The notes beneath the pieces were generated by a model. That model had not been told where the DNA came from. It saw nothing but the letters and a program-made list of their open reading frames with translations, and made no database searches. A stretch of 64,000 bases of DNA. Source: an uncultured Sphingobacteriales bacterium (GTDB taxonomy: Bacteria > Bacteroidota > Bacteroidia > CAILMK01 > CAYYUA01). This document shows positions 1-10,800 of the stretch, one piece after another; the stretch's first letter is position 1; each line of letters begins with the position of its first letter. The stretch covers positions 24,490 through 88,489 of the forward strand of contig CAYYUA010000002.1 of NCBI GenBank assembly GCA_964474835.1. The letters are read 5' to 3'. The position numbers and the translations under genes were made by a program.

Positions 1-219
1 AAGGAACTGAAAGGAGCGTTCTTCCACACGGGCCGTTGTTACCTTCTCGCCAGCTGAGAAGGTCTTTTCAAAAACACGCCCGTCATGGACGTTTTTGAGC
101 TTAGTCCGGACAAAGGCAGCACCTTTCCCGGGTTTTTTGTGAAGAAATTCCAGGATTTGGTATAACTCATTATCAATCTCCAGGCACATGCCGTTCTTGA
201 AATCAGCTGTCGTTGCCAT
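1..219 (-). CDS. efp: Elongation factor P, N-terminal part (gene runs off the left window edge)
   Basis: The reverse complement from the ATG at 217-219 reads [60 protein letters not shown]..., a typical EF-P N-terminus including the KPGKG loop. It is absent from the ORF track because it is truncated. Confidence 0.9.
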   Translation of the reverse strand, partial: MATTADFKNGMCLEIDNELYQILEFLHKKPGKGAAFVRTKLKNVHDGRVFEKTFSAGEKVTTARVEERSFQFL

Positions 220-293
220 ACGAAACTTCCGCTTTTATTACTGCAAGGTATGTGGTGCTCGCTAACTGATGGGTACAGAAAGGCCAGTCCTGC

Positions 294-1286
294 TCAACCG
301 TACGCCCACTGAAGGTAGACGGCCCCCCAGGTAAAGCCCCCGCCAAAAGCTGAGAGGATGAGGTTATCGCCAGCTTTTAGCTCATTTTCCCATTCCCAGA
401 GGCAGAGGGGAATTGTGGCACTGGTCGTGTTGCCGTAGCGCTGAATATTCATCATCACTTTGTCTTCACTCAGCCCGATTTGCTGGCCGGCCGCATCGAT
501 GATGCGCTTATTGGCCTGGTGCGGTACGAAGTACTGGATGTTGGAGGCTGTCAGGCCGTTGCGCTCCATAACCTGGGTGGATACTTCTGCCATCTTCGGT
601 ACAGCTTCCTTGAAGACCTGTTTGCCCTCCTGGTAGACGTAATGTTCACGTCTTCTGACTGTTTCACACGATGGCGGATTGATGGAGCCCCCGGCTTTCA
701 TGTGCAGGTGCTTACGGCCGGCCCCATCGGACCGGTAAACGGCATCCTTAAAGCCATATCCCTCCTCGCTTGGTTCCAGCAGCATAGCAGTTCCGGCATC
801 CCCGAACAGAATGCAGGTGGCGCGGTCCTCGTAATCAATAATCGAGGACATCTTGTCGGCTCCTACAATGATGGTTTTTTTAGAGAATCCTGATTCGATG
901 TACTTGGCTCCGATAGAGAGCGTGTACAGCAGGCCTGAGCAAGCTGCTTCCACATCAAAACCAAAGGCATTTACCAGCCCGGTCTTATCGGTTATAATAT
1001 TGGCGGTTGCCGGGAATAGCATATCCGGGGTAACGGTGCTGCAGATCAGGCAGTCCACCTCTTCCGGATCTGTGTTGGTCTTCCTGAGCAGGTCGTTAAC
1101 CGCTTTTTCGGCCATGTAGGAAGTGCCCAGCTCTTGTTCTTTCAGAATGCGGCGCTCCTGAACGCCAGTCCGGGTCTGGATCCACTCATCGTTGGTTTCC
1201 ACCATCTGCTCCAGATCAGCATTGGTGAGTTTGTTTTCAGGGAGCCATGCGCCAACTCCGGTGATCGCTGCTGTTTTGTTTTCCAT
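294..1286 (-). CDS. fabH: 3-oxoacyl-ACP synthase III (KAS III)
   Basis: 330-aa ORF with the AACSG active-site Cys and HQANKRI and GNTTSATIP blocks. It lies downstream of plsX in the classical yceD-rpmF-plsX-fabH order. Confidence 0.95.
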   Translation of the reverse strand: MENKTAAITGVGAWLPENKLTNADLEQMVETNDEWIQTRTGVQERRILKEQELGTSYMAEKAVNDLLRKTNTDPEEVDCLICSTVTPDMLFPATANIITDKTGLVNAFGFDVEAACSGLLYTLSIGAKYIESGFSKKTIIVGADKMSSIIDYEDRATCILFGDAGTAMLLEPSEEGYGFKDAVYRSDGAGRKHLHMKAGGSINPPSCETVRRREHYVYQEGKQVFKEAVPKMAEVSTQVMERNGLTASNIQYFVPHQANKRIIDAAGQQIGLSEDKVMMNIQRYGNTTSATIPLCLWEWENELKAGDNLILSAFGGGFTWGAVYLQWAYG

Positions 1287-1291
1287 CAGGT

Positions 1292-2242
1292 TCAGGATTC
1301 AAATGCCTGCTTAATGTGATCCACAAGGTTGGAATGAACAACCTTCTGGCTTTGCTTTACCATGTTTTCAAAGGCAGTGGGGGTAGAGATCCCATGCCCT
1401 ACAATAACAGGCTTGTTCACGCCCAGAATCGGGGTGCCCCCGTGGTTTTCGAAATCAAAATGCTGGAAGTACTCATCGGTAATACCCCGGCGGTGTATCA
1501 GCTCAAAGATCCCTTCAGCGGATTTCAGGACAATATTGCCGGTAAACCCATCGCAGACATAGACATCCGCCTTATCCTTAAACAGGTCATACCCCTCTAC
1601 ATTGCCGATGAAATTCATGGAGGCTGCTCCGTGCTCAGTAATCTGGCGATAGGTGTTCTGGGCGTTAACATTGCCCTTTTCCGGTTCTGTACCAATGTTC
1701 AGGAGCCCTACTCTGGGACTTTCAAAATTGTAAACGCTCTTAAGGTACATAGAGCCCAGAATCCCGAACTGCTCCAGCACCTCAGGCCTGCAGTCCGGGT
1801 TGGCCCCCACATCCAGGATTATCCCGTAACTACCATCCGGCTTAGGAACCAGTGTGGTCAAAGGAGGCCGTATAACACCGCTTACCGCTTTAACTGTGTA
1901 AAGCGCACCGACCATCATTGCGCCGGTATTACCAGCGCTGATCAGGGCATCCAGTTCATTGCCGGCAAGGTGCTCCAGTCCTTTGGCCAGGCTGGAATCC
2001 GGCTTTCCACTAAAGGCCTTAGTGGGGCTTTCCGCCATCTCGATCACCTGGCTCGTAGTGACTGCGGAAAGCTGCTGGTGTTGGTCAGCATCAAGGATGG
2101 ATCGATACTCATCGAAGGTGCGCTCTTCCCCGATTAAAACAAGTTCTGTATCCTCAGGCAGGGTATCTACTAAATTGGCAATCCCCTTAAGGGGGGCTTC
2201 GGGAGCATAGTCACCCCCCATGATATCAATTCCGATTTTCAT
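1292..2242 (-). CDS. plsX: Phosphate acyltransferase PlsX
   Basis: 316-aa ORF. The N-terminal IGIDIMGGDYAPEAP motif is typical of PlsX, and its position between rpmF and fabH fits. Confidence 0.95.
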   Translation of the reverse strand: MKIGIDIMGGDYAPEAPLKGIANLVDTLPEDTELVLIGEERTFDEYRSILDADQHQQLSAVTTSQVIEMAESPTKAFSGKPDSSLAKGLEHLAGNELDALISAGNTGAMMVGALYTVKAVSGVIRPPLTTLVPKPDGSYGIILDVGANPDCRPEVLEQFGILGSMYLKSVYNFESPRVGLLNIGTEPEKGNVNAQNTYRQITEHGAASMNFIGNVEGYDLFKDKADVYVCDGFTGNIVLKSAEGIFELIHRRGITDEYFQHFDFENHGGTPILGVNKPVIVGHGISTPTAFENMVKQSQKVVHSNLVDHIKQAFES

Positions 2243-2310
2243 GCTGTGCGGTGGGTGTCGTTAGGGTTTGACATTCAAAGGGGAAAAAGCAGGCAGAATG
2301 GGGATAGGGC

Positions 2311-2490
2311 TTACTTTTCCATGATTACCTTACCCTTGTAGTAGAGCTTGTTTTCATACCAGTAGGCGCGGTGATAGAGGTGAGGTTCGCCGGTGGTCGG
2401 GCAATTGGTTATCTGAGGCTGGGCATCCTTGACCTTAGTCCGGCGCTTGTTGCGCTTTGAGCTGGATGTTTTGCGCTTCGGTACTGCCAT
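2311..2490 (-). CDS. rpmF: 50S ribosomal protein bL32
   Basis: Small ORF not in the track. The reverse complement reads [68 protein letters not shown] is the bL32 signature start, and the gene is flanked by yceD and plsX. Confidence 0.92.
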   Translation of the reverse strand: MAVPKRKTSSSKRNKRRTKVKDAQPQITNCPTTGEPHLYHRAYWYENKLYYKGKVIMEK

Positions 2491-2493
2491 GAT

Positions 2494-3063
2494 TTAGTTA
2501 TTGTTTTGCTGATTTTTGAATTGCTTTAAAGCTTCCCAGCGAGGATCAATGTCAGCCTCGTTGTCTTTTGATTTAGGGCCTTTCTGCATGCTGCTAAGGA
2601 TGTTCATCATCTCAGGGTTGCAGTCCTTGTTAACATCGCTGCAGGTAGGCTTCATCGGTTTTGCCAGGTTGATGAAGTCAAATATCGGCTTCGCCACATT
2701 GAAGGCAATGTCTTCCGGTGGAATGTAGATCAGGTTGCCATCCTTATCTTCCCCCTCAGAGCCCGAGGAATCATCTTCTGTAACCTTGACAATAAGTTGC
2801 TCCTCAAGGTGGACAGGCATATCAAATGCATCAAGACACCGGTCACACCCAAGGTTCAGGCTCCCTTCAATGAAAAAGGTGAAATGCAGTAAACTCTCAT
2901 TTTCCTTTATCATCCGTGTGTTAACCTGAAGGGAGGCCTGCTCTATCAGGGAATAATCAAAAGCCTGAAAGAAGGTATCGGTAATATCAAACTGATAGCG
3001 GTACTGACCCGGCTTGAGGTGCACAAACCGGATGTCAAATTGCTCTAAGCCAGCCAACTGCAC
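2494..3063 (-). CDS. yceD: YceD/DUF177 family protein (23S rRNA accumulation protein)
   Basis: 189-aa acidic ORF (GTG start) immediately upstream of rpmF. It has CDRC...C cysteine pairs and the layout of DUF177. The assignment rests largely on conserved synteny. Confidence 0.75.
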   Translation of the reverse strand: MQLAGLEQFDIRFVHLKPGQYRYQFDITDTFFQAFDYSLIEQASLQVNTRMIKENESLLHFTFFIEGSLNLGCDRCLDAFDMPVHLEEQLIVKVTEDDSSGSEGEDKDGNLIYIPPEDIAFNVAKPIFDFINLAKPMKPTCSDVNKDCNPEMMNILSSMQKGPKSKDNEADIDPRWEALKQFKNQQNNN

Positions 3064-3168
3064 TTCTGTTTTGCGTGAAACAAAAATAACAAAATCCGTA
3101 AACCAAGGCTTTATTCCATCATAAAGCCTTTACAGAACACGACCGCAAAGGGAAAGGTGCGAGCTGGG

Positions 3169-4275
3169 TCAGGACTTTTCGGTCTGGTGGGTCATGCGAT
3201 TGCCAAGTGGATTAGCAGTCAGGTCAGCATACTCCTTCCGGTTACGGGCGATCTGAACAGCCTGGAATATGGCTTGCCGGAAGGAGCCCTCATCGGCCTG
3301 ATTTTTACCAGCCAGGGCATAACCGGGTCCGTGATCGGGAGAGGTACGGACTACCGGAAGCCCCGCTGTGTAATTGACACCCTCCCCGAAGGTCAGGGCC
3401 TTGAAAGGGATCAGCCCCTGATCATGGTAGAGGGCCAGCACAGCATCGAAGGATTGAAAGGTCTGGGAACCGAAAAAGCCATCAGCTGGATAGGGCCCAA
3501 AAGCCAGGTAATTGTTCTCCCATGCCTCAGCAATGGCCGGTGCTACCACCCGGTCCTCTTCATCCCCGAGAAGTCCCTGATCCCCGGCATGCGGATTCAG
3601 CCCCAGTACCGCCATCCTGGGTTTGTCATGCCGGAAGTCCTGAACCAGGCTGTTGTGCAGCAGCTGGATTTTTCGCACAATTCCTTCATGGGTAACGTTA
3701 TCAGGCACTTCGTTGAGCGGGAGGTGGGTCGTGACAACGCCTACCTTGAGTTGTTCGTGGTTCATGAGCATAAGGGTATCCGGCGTATTAAACTGCCGCT
3801 GCAGGTACTCGGTATGGCCTGAGAACCTCCCTTCGCTGGCATCAACCGTATGCTTGCTCAGCGGAGCTGTAACCATCCCATCCAAAAGCCCGTTCTGAAG
3901 GTCCTGAACGACCGTATCCAGCGATTTGATGGCGTAGCCCCCCGCTTCTTCCTTGATATAGCCAAGCTGAACCCTTGGTTCTTCGTCCCATACGTTGATA
4001 AGGTTAACTTTCTGAGCGGAGGCTTTTCCGGCTGACTTAATGATATTGAGATGAAAATCGTTGAACCCTAATGTTTTCTTATGGTAGTTAGCAACCCGCG
4101 TTGAGGCATAAATAACGGGGGTGCAGTAATTAAGTACGCGTTCATCACTGAATGTCTTGAGAATGAGTTCGAAGTTGATGCCATTGATATCGCCAATTGA
4201 GACGCCAATGACGGGTGCAGAAGCCGTATTGGCATTCTGCTGGTCAGGGTTGTTATCCGGGTCTTGCTTAACCAT
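3169..4275 (-). CDS. pdxA: 4-hydroxythreonine-4-phosphate dehydrogenase
   Basis: 368 aa. GHTEYL, NPHAGD and VRTSPDHGPGY blocks are characteristic of PdxA. It is divergent from rsmA. Confidence 0.9.
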   Translation of the reverse strand: MVKQDPDNNPDQQNANTASAPVIGVSIGDINGINFELILKTFSDERVLNYCTPVIYASTRVANYHKKTLGFNDFHLNIIKSAGKASAQKVNLINVWDEEPRVQLGYIKEEAGGYAIKSLDTVVQDLQNGLLDGMVTAPLSKHTVDASEGRFSGHTEYLQRQFNTPDTLMLMNHEQLKVGVVTTHLPLNEVPDNVTHEGIVRKIQLLHNSLVQDFRHDKPRMAVLGLNPHAGDQGLLGDEEDRVVAPAIAEAWENNYLAFGPYPADGFFGSQTFQSFDAVLALYHDQGLIPFKALTFGEGVNYTAGLPVVRTSPDHGPGYALAGKNQADEGSFRQAIFQAVQIARNRKEYADLTANPLGNRMTHQTEKS

Positions 4276-4397
4276 GGCACGTGGTTCAGGGATTGGGAGC
4301 CTAAGTCTGCGGGAGCATTGTTATTTTGCAGGTGTAACGAGCGTTTGCCGATCAGCAGCCAAACACGTTACGGCCCGTTAGACTTGGCTAAACAAAG

Positions 4398-5231
4398 GTG
4401 AGGTTTATTTTGGCGTCTCCCAAGGTTAAAAAGCGCTTTGGACAGCACTTTATAACAGATCCCGGCATCGCCCGCAAGGTGGCTGAAGTCCTGGTACACC
4501 CGGGTGAGCTGTACTGGGATCTGGTAGAGGTCGGCCCCGGGAAAGGGATGCTAACCCAGGCTTTCCAGGAAGCTTTTCAGGACCGGGTAAGGCTTTGGGG
4601 GATCGAGGTGGACGAGCACTGGCATCAGCTCCTTTTGCGGACGTTTCCGAGCCTGGACGGGCGGCTTTTCAGGGAGAGCATTCTCAAACTTGATTTTCAA
4701 ACGCTCCTGGGTGGGCAGCCTTTCGGCCTGGTGGGCAACCTGCCTTACAACATCGCCAGTCAGATCATCCTCAAAGCTGTGGAGTCGCGGCAAGTGGTAC
4801 CGGAAATTGCCGGGACTTTCCAGCTCGAGGTGGCGCAGCGGCTAATTGCTGAGCCGTGCAACCGGCAATACGGCCTGCTGAGCATCATGTTTCAGGCCTT
4901 CTATGAGGTGAAGCTTTGCTTCCGGCTGCCGCCCGGTGCTTTTTCTCCGCCTCCGCGGGTTCACTCAGCGGTTGTCAGGGGCATCCGGGAGCCCCTGAAC
5001 GAGGAAGCAGATGTTCCGTACGATTGGATGCTGGCTGTGGTGAAGCAGGCCTTTCAGCAGCGCCGCAAGAAGCTATCCAACAACCTTAAGGCTTACCGCA
5101 GCCATGTAGCAGCTTTTGATGCTGAGCTCCTGGCCCAGCGCCCCGAGACCATCGCTCCCCACACCTACCGCGATCTGGCGCGTTATATCGGGCAGGCTGA
5201 GGAATGGCCGGGCACGTTTTCCAAGGGATAG
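4398..5231 (+). CDS. rsmA: 16S rRNA (adenine1518/1519-N6) dimethyltransferase
   Basis: KKRFGQHFITD N-terminal motif, EVGPGKGMLT SAM-binding loop and GNLPYNIASQI block. GTG start at 4398 as given in the track. Confidence 0.92.
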   Translation: MRFILASPKVKKRFGQHFITDPGIARKVAEVLVHPGELYWDLVEVGPGKGMLTQAFQEAFQDRVRLWGIEVDEHWHQLLLRTFPSLDGRLFRESILKLDFQTLLGGQPFGLVGNLPYNIASQIILKAVESRQVVPEIAGTFQLEVAQRLIAEPCNRQYGLLSIMFQAFYEVKLCFRLPPGAFSPPPRVHSAVVRGIREPLNEEADVPYDWMLAVVKQAFQQRRKKLSNNLKAYRSHVAAFDAELLAQRPETIAPHTYRDLARYIGQAEEWPGTFSKG

Positions 5232-5245
5232 CAGGCTGGCTTCTG

Positions 5246-5253
5246 TACCTTTG
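5246..5253 (+). promoter_or_regulatory. Candidate Bacteroidota-type -7 promoter box (TACCTTTG) for mgtE
   Basis: TACCTTTGC lies 19-25 nt upstream of the mgtE start. The same 9-mer recurs upstream of rpsL and infA. No clean -33 TTTG is present here. Confidence 0.35.
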
Positions 5254-5271
5254 CTCAATGCGGAATAACAT

Positions 5272-6645
5272 GTGATCATGGAGGCAGCGCTGGATAAAAA
5301 CTACCTAGAGCAACTTCAGAAAGCGATCCAGCAGGCCGATGAGGACTACCTGGAGGAGCAGCTCCAAAACCTGTATGCCGTAGACATTGCACAGGCCCTG
5401 AAGTACCTGGAGGATCCGGAAGCCCGCTACCTGTTCCAGATGCTTACGCGCTACCGGGGCGGAGAGGTGCTTACCGAGCTGGAAGAGGAGCAACGCAAAG
5501 GCATCCTGACGGATTTTTCTGCCCAGCAGATCGTGGATGACTACATCAAGCAGATGGATTCGGATGATGCAGCGGACTTTATCAACAGCTTCCCGGAGAG
5601 TTCGCGGGATGGTGTTATCGATTACCTTTCCAAAAGCAACAATCCGTCAGACCGCGCCATACTGGCCCTCTTGGCCTACGATCCGGAAACGGCAGGGGGC
5701 TTGATGGCCACTGAGCTGATCCGGGTTAATGAAAACTGGAGCGTAGCCCAGTGCCAGACCGCCATCCGGAACCAGGCGAAGGAGATCGAGAGCATCTACA
5801 CGGTTTTTGTAGAAGATGATAAGCGCAAATTAAAAGGGTATATCCCGCTTACCAGCCTGATCCTTACCGAGCCCGAGATCAAGATCCATGAGATCTATAA
5901 CGAGTCTGTGGTTTCGGTTATTGGCAATACCCCGGCTGAGGAGGTGGCCAGTGTTATGCAGAAGTACGACCTGGTGGCCCTGCCTGTGGTTAACAAGGAA
6001 GACATCCTGATCGGCCGCATCACCATTGATGATGTGGTGGACTTTATCAAGGGAGAAGCCGAGGAAGACTACCAACTGGCCTCTGGGATTGCTGAGGATG
6101 TAGGCTATGCGGACCGGGTATGGGTCCTCTCCCGGGCCAGGCTGCCCTGGCTGCTGCTGGGCCTGTTGGGCGGGGTTTCCAGCGCGAAAGTGATCAGCCT
6201 GAACGAAGGAGCCCTGGAGATCTACCCGCAGATGGCCTTTTTTATTCCGCTGATTGCGGCAATGGGGGGTAATGCTGGTATTCAGTCTTCGGCTATCATC
6301 GTGCAGGGCCTGGCCAGTAATACCCTGCTTAGCAGTAGCTACTTTGCCAAGATCCTGAAGGAACTGGCCGTTTCGCTAATGAACGGGCTGCTATGCGCTG
6401 CAGTGCTGCTCGGGTACAGCCTGCTGGTTAACCAGGGCCTGCAGCTGGCGCTAACAGTGAGCCTGTCGCTTTTTGTTGTGATCATTACGGCCAGCCTGCT
6501 GGGGGTTAGCATACCCCTGTTAATGGAACGCCTGAACATAGACCCGGCCCTGGCAACCGGCCCTTTTATCACTACAACTAATGACTTGATAGGCCTTGGA
6601 ATATATTTTTTGGTGGGAAGGCTTATATATTCAATTCCATTGTGA
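5272..6645 (+). CDS. mgtE: Magnesium transporter MgtE
   Basis: 457 aa with an N-terminal MgtE-N domain, a CBS pair (VVDFIKGEAEED region) and a C-terminal 5-TM domain containing the GNAGIQS motif. The start may be the ATG at 5278. Confidence 0.93.
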   Translation: MIMEAALDKNYLEQLQKAIQQADEDYLEEQLQNLYAVDIAQALKYLEDPEARYLFQMLTRYRGGEVLTELEEEQRKGILTDFSAQQIVDDYIKQMDSDDAADFINSFPESSRDGVIDYLSKSNNPSDRAILALLAYDPETAGGLMATELIRVNENWSVAQCQTAIRNQAKEIESIYTVFVEDDKRKLKGYIPLTSLILTEPEIKIHEIYNESVVSVIGNTPAEEVASVMQKYDLVALPVVNKEDILIGRITIDDVVDFIKGEAEEDYQLASGIAEDVGYADRVWVLSRARLPWLLLGLLGGVSSAKVISLNEGALEIYPQMAFFIPLIAAMGGNAGIQSSAIIVQGLASNTLLSSSYFAKILKELAVSLMNGLLCAAVLLGYSLLVNQGLQLALTVSLSLFVVIITASLLGVSIPLLMERLNIDPALATGPFITTTNDLIGLGIYFLVGRLIYSIPL

Positions 6646-7590
6646 ATGCAGACCATTGCCATTGTAGAACCTGTGCCAGCCTTTTTCCGGAGTGAGCTTC
6701 AGGAGTTAGGCTTTGCACTTGAAGATACGACCACTCAGGACCTTAAAGATCGCAATCCAGAGGGGCAGAAGGGGATAGCCGGGCTGGTTATCCGTAGCAA
6801 AACCTCTGTAGACGCTGCACTGATGGAGGCGCTGCCGCAGCTAGCCTTCATCATGCGTCCCGGCTCCGGCCTTGATAATGTGGACCGGGCAGCTGCCGCT
6901 CAGCAGGGCATTCACCTGATCACCTCACCTGAGGGCAACCGCAATGCAGTGGCTGAGCATGCGCTGGGCCTGCTGCTAAGCCTGTTACACAACATCCCGC
7001 GTGCTTCCGCTGCCGTACGGGAAGGGCGCTGGGAGCGGGAGCCTAACCGGGGCACTGAGCTCAGGGACCTGGAAGTTGGGATAATCGGCTACGGGCATAC
7101 CGGACGGGCCTTTGCCCATAAGCTGAGCGGAACAGGCTGCCGCATTACAGCTTACGATAAATACGCCCCAGTGCCCTTTGCAGACGCTTTTGTGGGAGCG
7201 GATACCTGGGAAGCCCTATCAGCGCGGGCAGATGTTCTCAGTTTTCATGTTCCCTACACCACTGAGACCCATCACTACTTTAGCCAGCGCTTAGTGCAGG
7301 AGCGGCATAAACCACTGATCCTGATCAATACCTCAAGGGGCGGGGTGGTAGGCACGCATGACCTGCTGAGTGCCCTGGAAAAGGGCAGCGTGAGTGGAGC
7401 CTGCCTGGACGTGCTGGAGACCGAGGATGTTAGTAAGCCAGACCAGGCCCTTCTGGACGCTACGGAGGCCCTGAAAAAGCATCAGAATGTGCTGATCACC
7501 CCCCATATTGCCGGCTGGTCCTATACCTCTGAGCAGGCCATCTACCACGGCCTTCTGGCCAAGCTTGCTTCCCTGTACAACCTTGGGTAA
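6646..7590 (+). CDS. D-isomer-specific 2-hydroxyacid dehydrogenase (PGDH-like)
   Basis: 314 aa with a GIIGYGHTGRAF NAD-binding loop, NTSRGGVV and TPHIAGWS catalytic blocks. Its start abuts the mgtE stop. Confidence 0.85.
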   Translation: MQTIAIVEPVPAFFRSELQELGFALEDTTTQDLKDRNPEGQKGIAGLVIRSKTSVDAALMEALPQLAFIMRPGSGLDNVDRAAAAQQGIHLITSPEGNRNAVAEHALGLLLSLLHNIPRASAAVREGRWEREPNRGTELRDLEVGIIGYGHTGRAFAHKLSGTGCRITAYDKYAPVPFADAFVGADTWEALSARADVLSFHVPYTTETHHYFSQRLVQERHKPLILINTSRGGVVGTHDLLSALEKGSVSGACLDVLETEDVSKPDQALLDATEALKKHQNVLITPHIAGWSYTSEQAIYHGLLAKLASLYNLG

Positions 7591-7815
7591 CTGTACGCAA
7601 TCAGAGCCTTTCGGGCATGGTAGCAATACAGCCTGAGAGGCTACGTTCGCTACTCTTAAAACCTGGTAATCAGGTTAAACTGAGGTTAAAACGCCCGGCC
7701 CGGCAGTGGGAATCAGCTAAATGGAAAACGCAAAATACCCGCCTGCACAGGCTTTTGTGAGTGAGACAATTTTTAATCATATTTGAAAATTCCAATCAAT
7801 CTGAAATCAAGGGTT

Positions 7816-10800
7816 ATGGTAAGGAAGCTACTTGGGTTTTTAATTACCCTCATTTTTACCACTTCTGTAGCCGTTGGCCAGTCTCAATACGGGCGTCTTC
7901 AGGGCACAGTTACAGATGAAAAAACGGGTGAGCCGGTCATTGGTGTTAACGTTACCATTAATGTCAGCGGAAGTACCAAAGGTTCCGTCACCAGTGATGG
8001 GGGCGAGTACGAGATCGCTGCTATTCCGCCCGGCAAGTATGACGTTACCTACTCTGACGTCAGATATGGCCGCAAAATCCTGAAAGATGTAGAGATCGGG
8101 GAAGGCCGGACCACGGTAAAGGATGTGGCTTTATCATCAGACGAAAAGACCCTTGATATTGTAGACGTGCAGGCTCACCGCGGCCTTTTCAAAAAAGACA
8201 AGACCACTGGCTCCAGGAATATTGACAGTGAAACCATCAGCAAGATGCCTACCAAAAGCATCAATGATGTTGTCAGCCTGAATACGAACATTTCCACCAA
8301 GGCAGGAGGGCTCAGTATTCAGGGCCAGCGTAGCGAAGGCACTGTTATAAAGGTTGACGGTGTTCGTGTTCGTAACCTCCGGAGCGTGCCGCAGCGCTCC
8401 ATCCAGAGTATTAACACTATTACGTCCGGTATTCCTGCTAAGCACGGGGACGCCACCGGTGGGGTGATCTCTATCACTACCAAAGGGGCATCCCCTACCT
8501 ACAATGGCTCCATTGAGCTGCTGAGTTCTCAGTTTCTGGACGGCTATGGCTTCAATGAAGTTGAGGGTAACGTATCGGGTCCCATCTACAAAAAATTTAA
8601 AGGAACTGACAGCTCCACGACCAAGATCGGTTTCCAGTTCGGAGGGGCCATCACTTACCAGGATGAGAACAGGCCCACTGTAGAAGATTATCAGGTTGTA
8701 AAAGACGATGCCCTGGAGGAGCTAAGAGAGCGCCCACTTGTCAGGGACCCAACCGCTGAAGGATTCCGGCGGAACGCATCTTTCATTACTGATGACGATA
8801 TCAAAAATGTTTCCAACCGCCCTAATGTGGATCGGTTCAACACGAACATGACAGGTAAGCTTACTTACAATGTGAGCGAGCAAATAGACCTGATTGCTGG
8901 CGGGCAGTTTGGTTACGTGGACCGGCCGGATTTTAACCGGACGGATGCCATGTTTAATTACAACAACTATCCCCAGTTTGAAGAAACCAGCTGGCGCACC
9001 TACCTCCGCCTCACGCAGAGCTTTGCTAACGATGAGGACCAGAGCGGCATTAGCAATGTGTTCTACTCCATACAACTGGCCTACTCGGAAGATGACCGGA
9101 AGATTGCCAATGATAAATTCGGGGACGATCATTTTAAATACGGCTACTACGGGGAATATGACCGGAAGCGAGCCCCGAACTATCAGTTTGAAACGGACTC
9201 AGTTAATGGCGTAGAAGAGGAAGCCTTTTTCCAGCAGGGCTTCAGGGATACGGCTGTTGATTTCACCCCTGCTGCTATCAATGATGTTCCCAGTAATTAC
9301 ACCGAACAGCTTTACGATTTTACGGATGGTGATGTGCAGACCCTGCAGGACATAGCAGGGCAAGGAGGGCTGAGAAATGGTGATGCTCCCCAGTTTGTCT
9401 ATAACCTCTGGAACAACGTGGGAAATACCCCGGGTAGCTACTTTCAGGACGAGCGGCAGACATTCAGAGCCAGTGCAGATGGCTCCTTTGATATTGGTGA
9501 GCACACCATATCCTTAGGCGTTCAGTACGAGCAGATTGTCAGAAGGGCCTATAGCCTTGCCTCAAGAAGCCTGTGGACCATTGGCCGGCAATCTGTAAAC
9601 AGCCACATCAGGCAGCTGGACACGGATAATCCGCAGCCAGTATTCAGGGATGGTACCTTTACCGATACCGTCCGTTTTCAGCGCCTTGAGGCGGGTGAGC
9701 AGACCACCTTTGACAAGCGCCTGAGGGAGCAGGAAGACATTGGTCCCAAGGAGTTCATCAATATTGATGAGTATCGTCCGGAAGACCTCTCTATTGGCTT
9801 GTTCGGGGCAGATGAGCTCCTGAACCAGGCTTCTGTTACCTATTATGGTTACGATCACAAAGGCAATGAAACCAGCGGAGATCCCAGTATACAGGACTTC
9901 CTGAACAATCCGAGCTCCAGGCCGATGGGCGCTTACAATCCAAACTACACCTCTGGCTACATCCAGGATAAATTCCAGGTGAAGGACCTGTTCTTCCGGG
10001 TAGGTGTTCGGGTTGACCGCTTTGATGCTAACCAGGTAGTTCCAAAAGACATTTACTCCCTGTTCCCCACCAAGAAGGTTGGTGGCGTAGAAGGAGAACG
10101 CAACCCGGCAGGCGAGCATCCGGGTAACCTTTCCGATCAGGCGGTTGTCTATGTTGATGATGCCTTTGCCACAGACCCGGACATTGTTGGTTACCGGGAG
10201 GGCGATAACTGGTTCAACGCCTCCGGGGAATCCGTGCAGAACCCCAATACGATTGCCCTTGAAACCCGCTCTGGTGAGATTGAGCCATTCCTGGCTGATG
10301 GGGTGGATGAGGATGCCAACCTTGATCCCGCCGGCTTTGAGGAGTATGAGCCGCAGGTGACGGTCATGCCGCGCATATCATTCTCGTTCCCTATTTCACA
10401 GGAAGCCCGTTTTCAGGCAAGTTACGATGTGCTGACACAAAGGCCTAAGAACCGGATCCAGACAACACTGGATGACTTCTATTACCTGCAAAACCGGTCA
10501 AACCAAACCATCAACAATCCGAACCTCCAGCCGGAGCGGAGCAACAAATTCACACTCGGTTTCAAGCAAAGGCTAACGCGGAAGTCCTCCCTCGAGCTCA
10601 AAGGCTTTTACACTGAAACCCGTAACCTGATCCAGCAGCAGCAGATCAACCAGGCATATCCCTCATCCTACCGGACTTACCGGAACATTGACTTTGCTAC
10701 GACTAAGGGTCTGACCGCTATTTACGATATCCGCTCCACTAAGCGCAGCCCCGTTAGTTTCAAGGCAAGTTACACCCTTCAATTTGCGGATGGGACCGGA

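Noticed and set aside
1316-2137. 273-aa ORF antisense to plsX, and similar long antisense ORFs at 3157-3822 (versus pdxA), 9562-10119, 11752-12327, 20313-20825, 42795-43316, 43100-43759 (versus rpoB), 45792-46235, 47646-48125 (versus rpoC) and 59070-59621 (versus rpsN/rpsH).
   Set aside because: Each lies fully inside a confidently identified conserved gene on the opposite strand. They have skewed, low-complexity or Ser/Arg/Leu-rich composition typical of shadow ORFs, and none has a recognisable motif.
7591-7782. Possible small RNA or riboswitch in the long leader before the outer-membrane trio, with small hairpins AACCTG-gtaat-CAGGTT (7661-7677) and AGCCT-gag-AGGCT.
   Set aside because: The stems are short, have no U-tracts and match no known RNA family consensus. 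I cannot support an RNA gene from sequence alone. It is worth checking only if RNA-seq is available.
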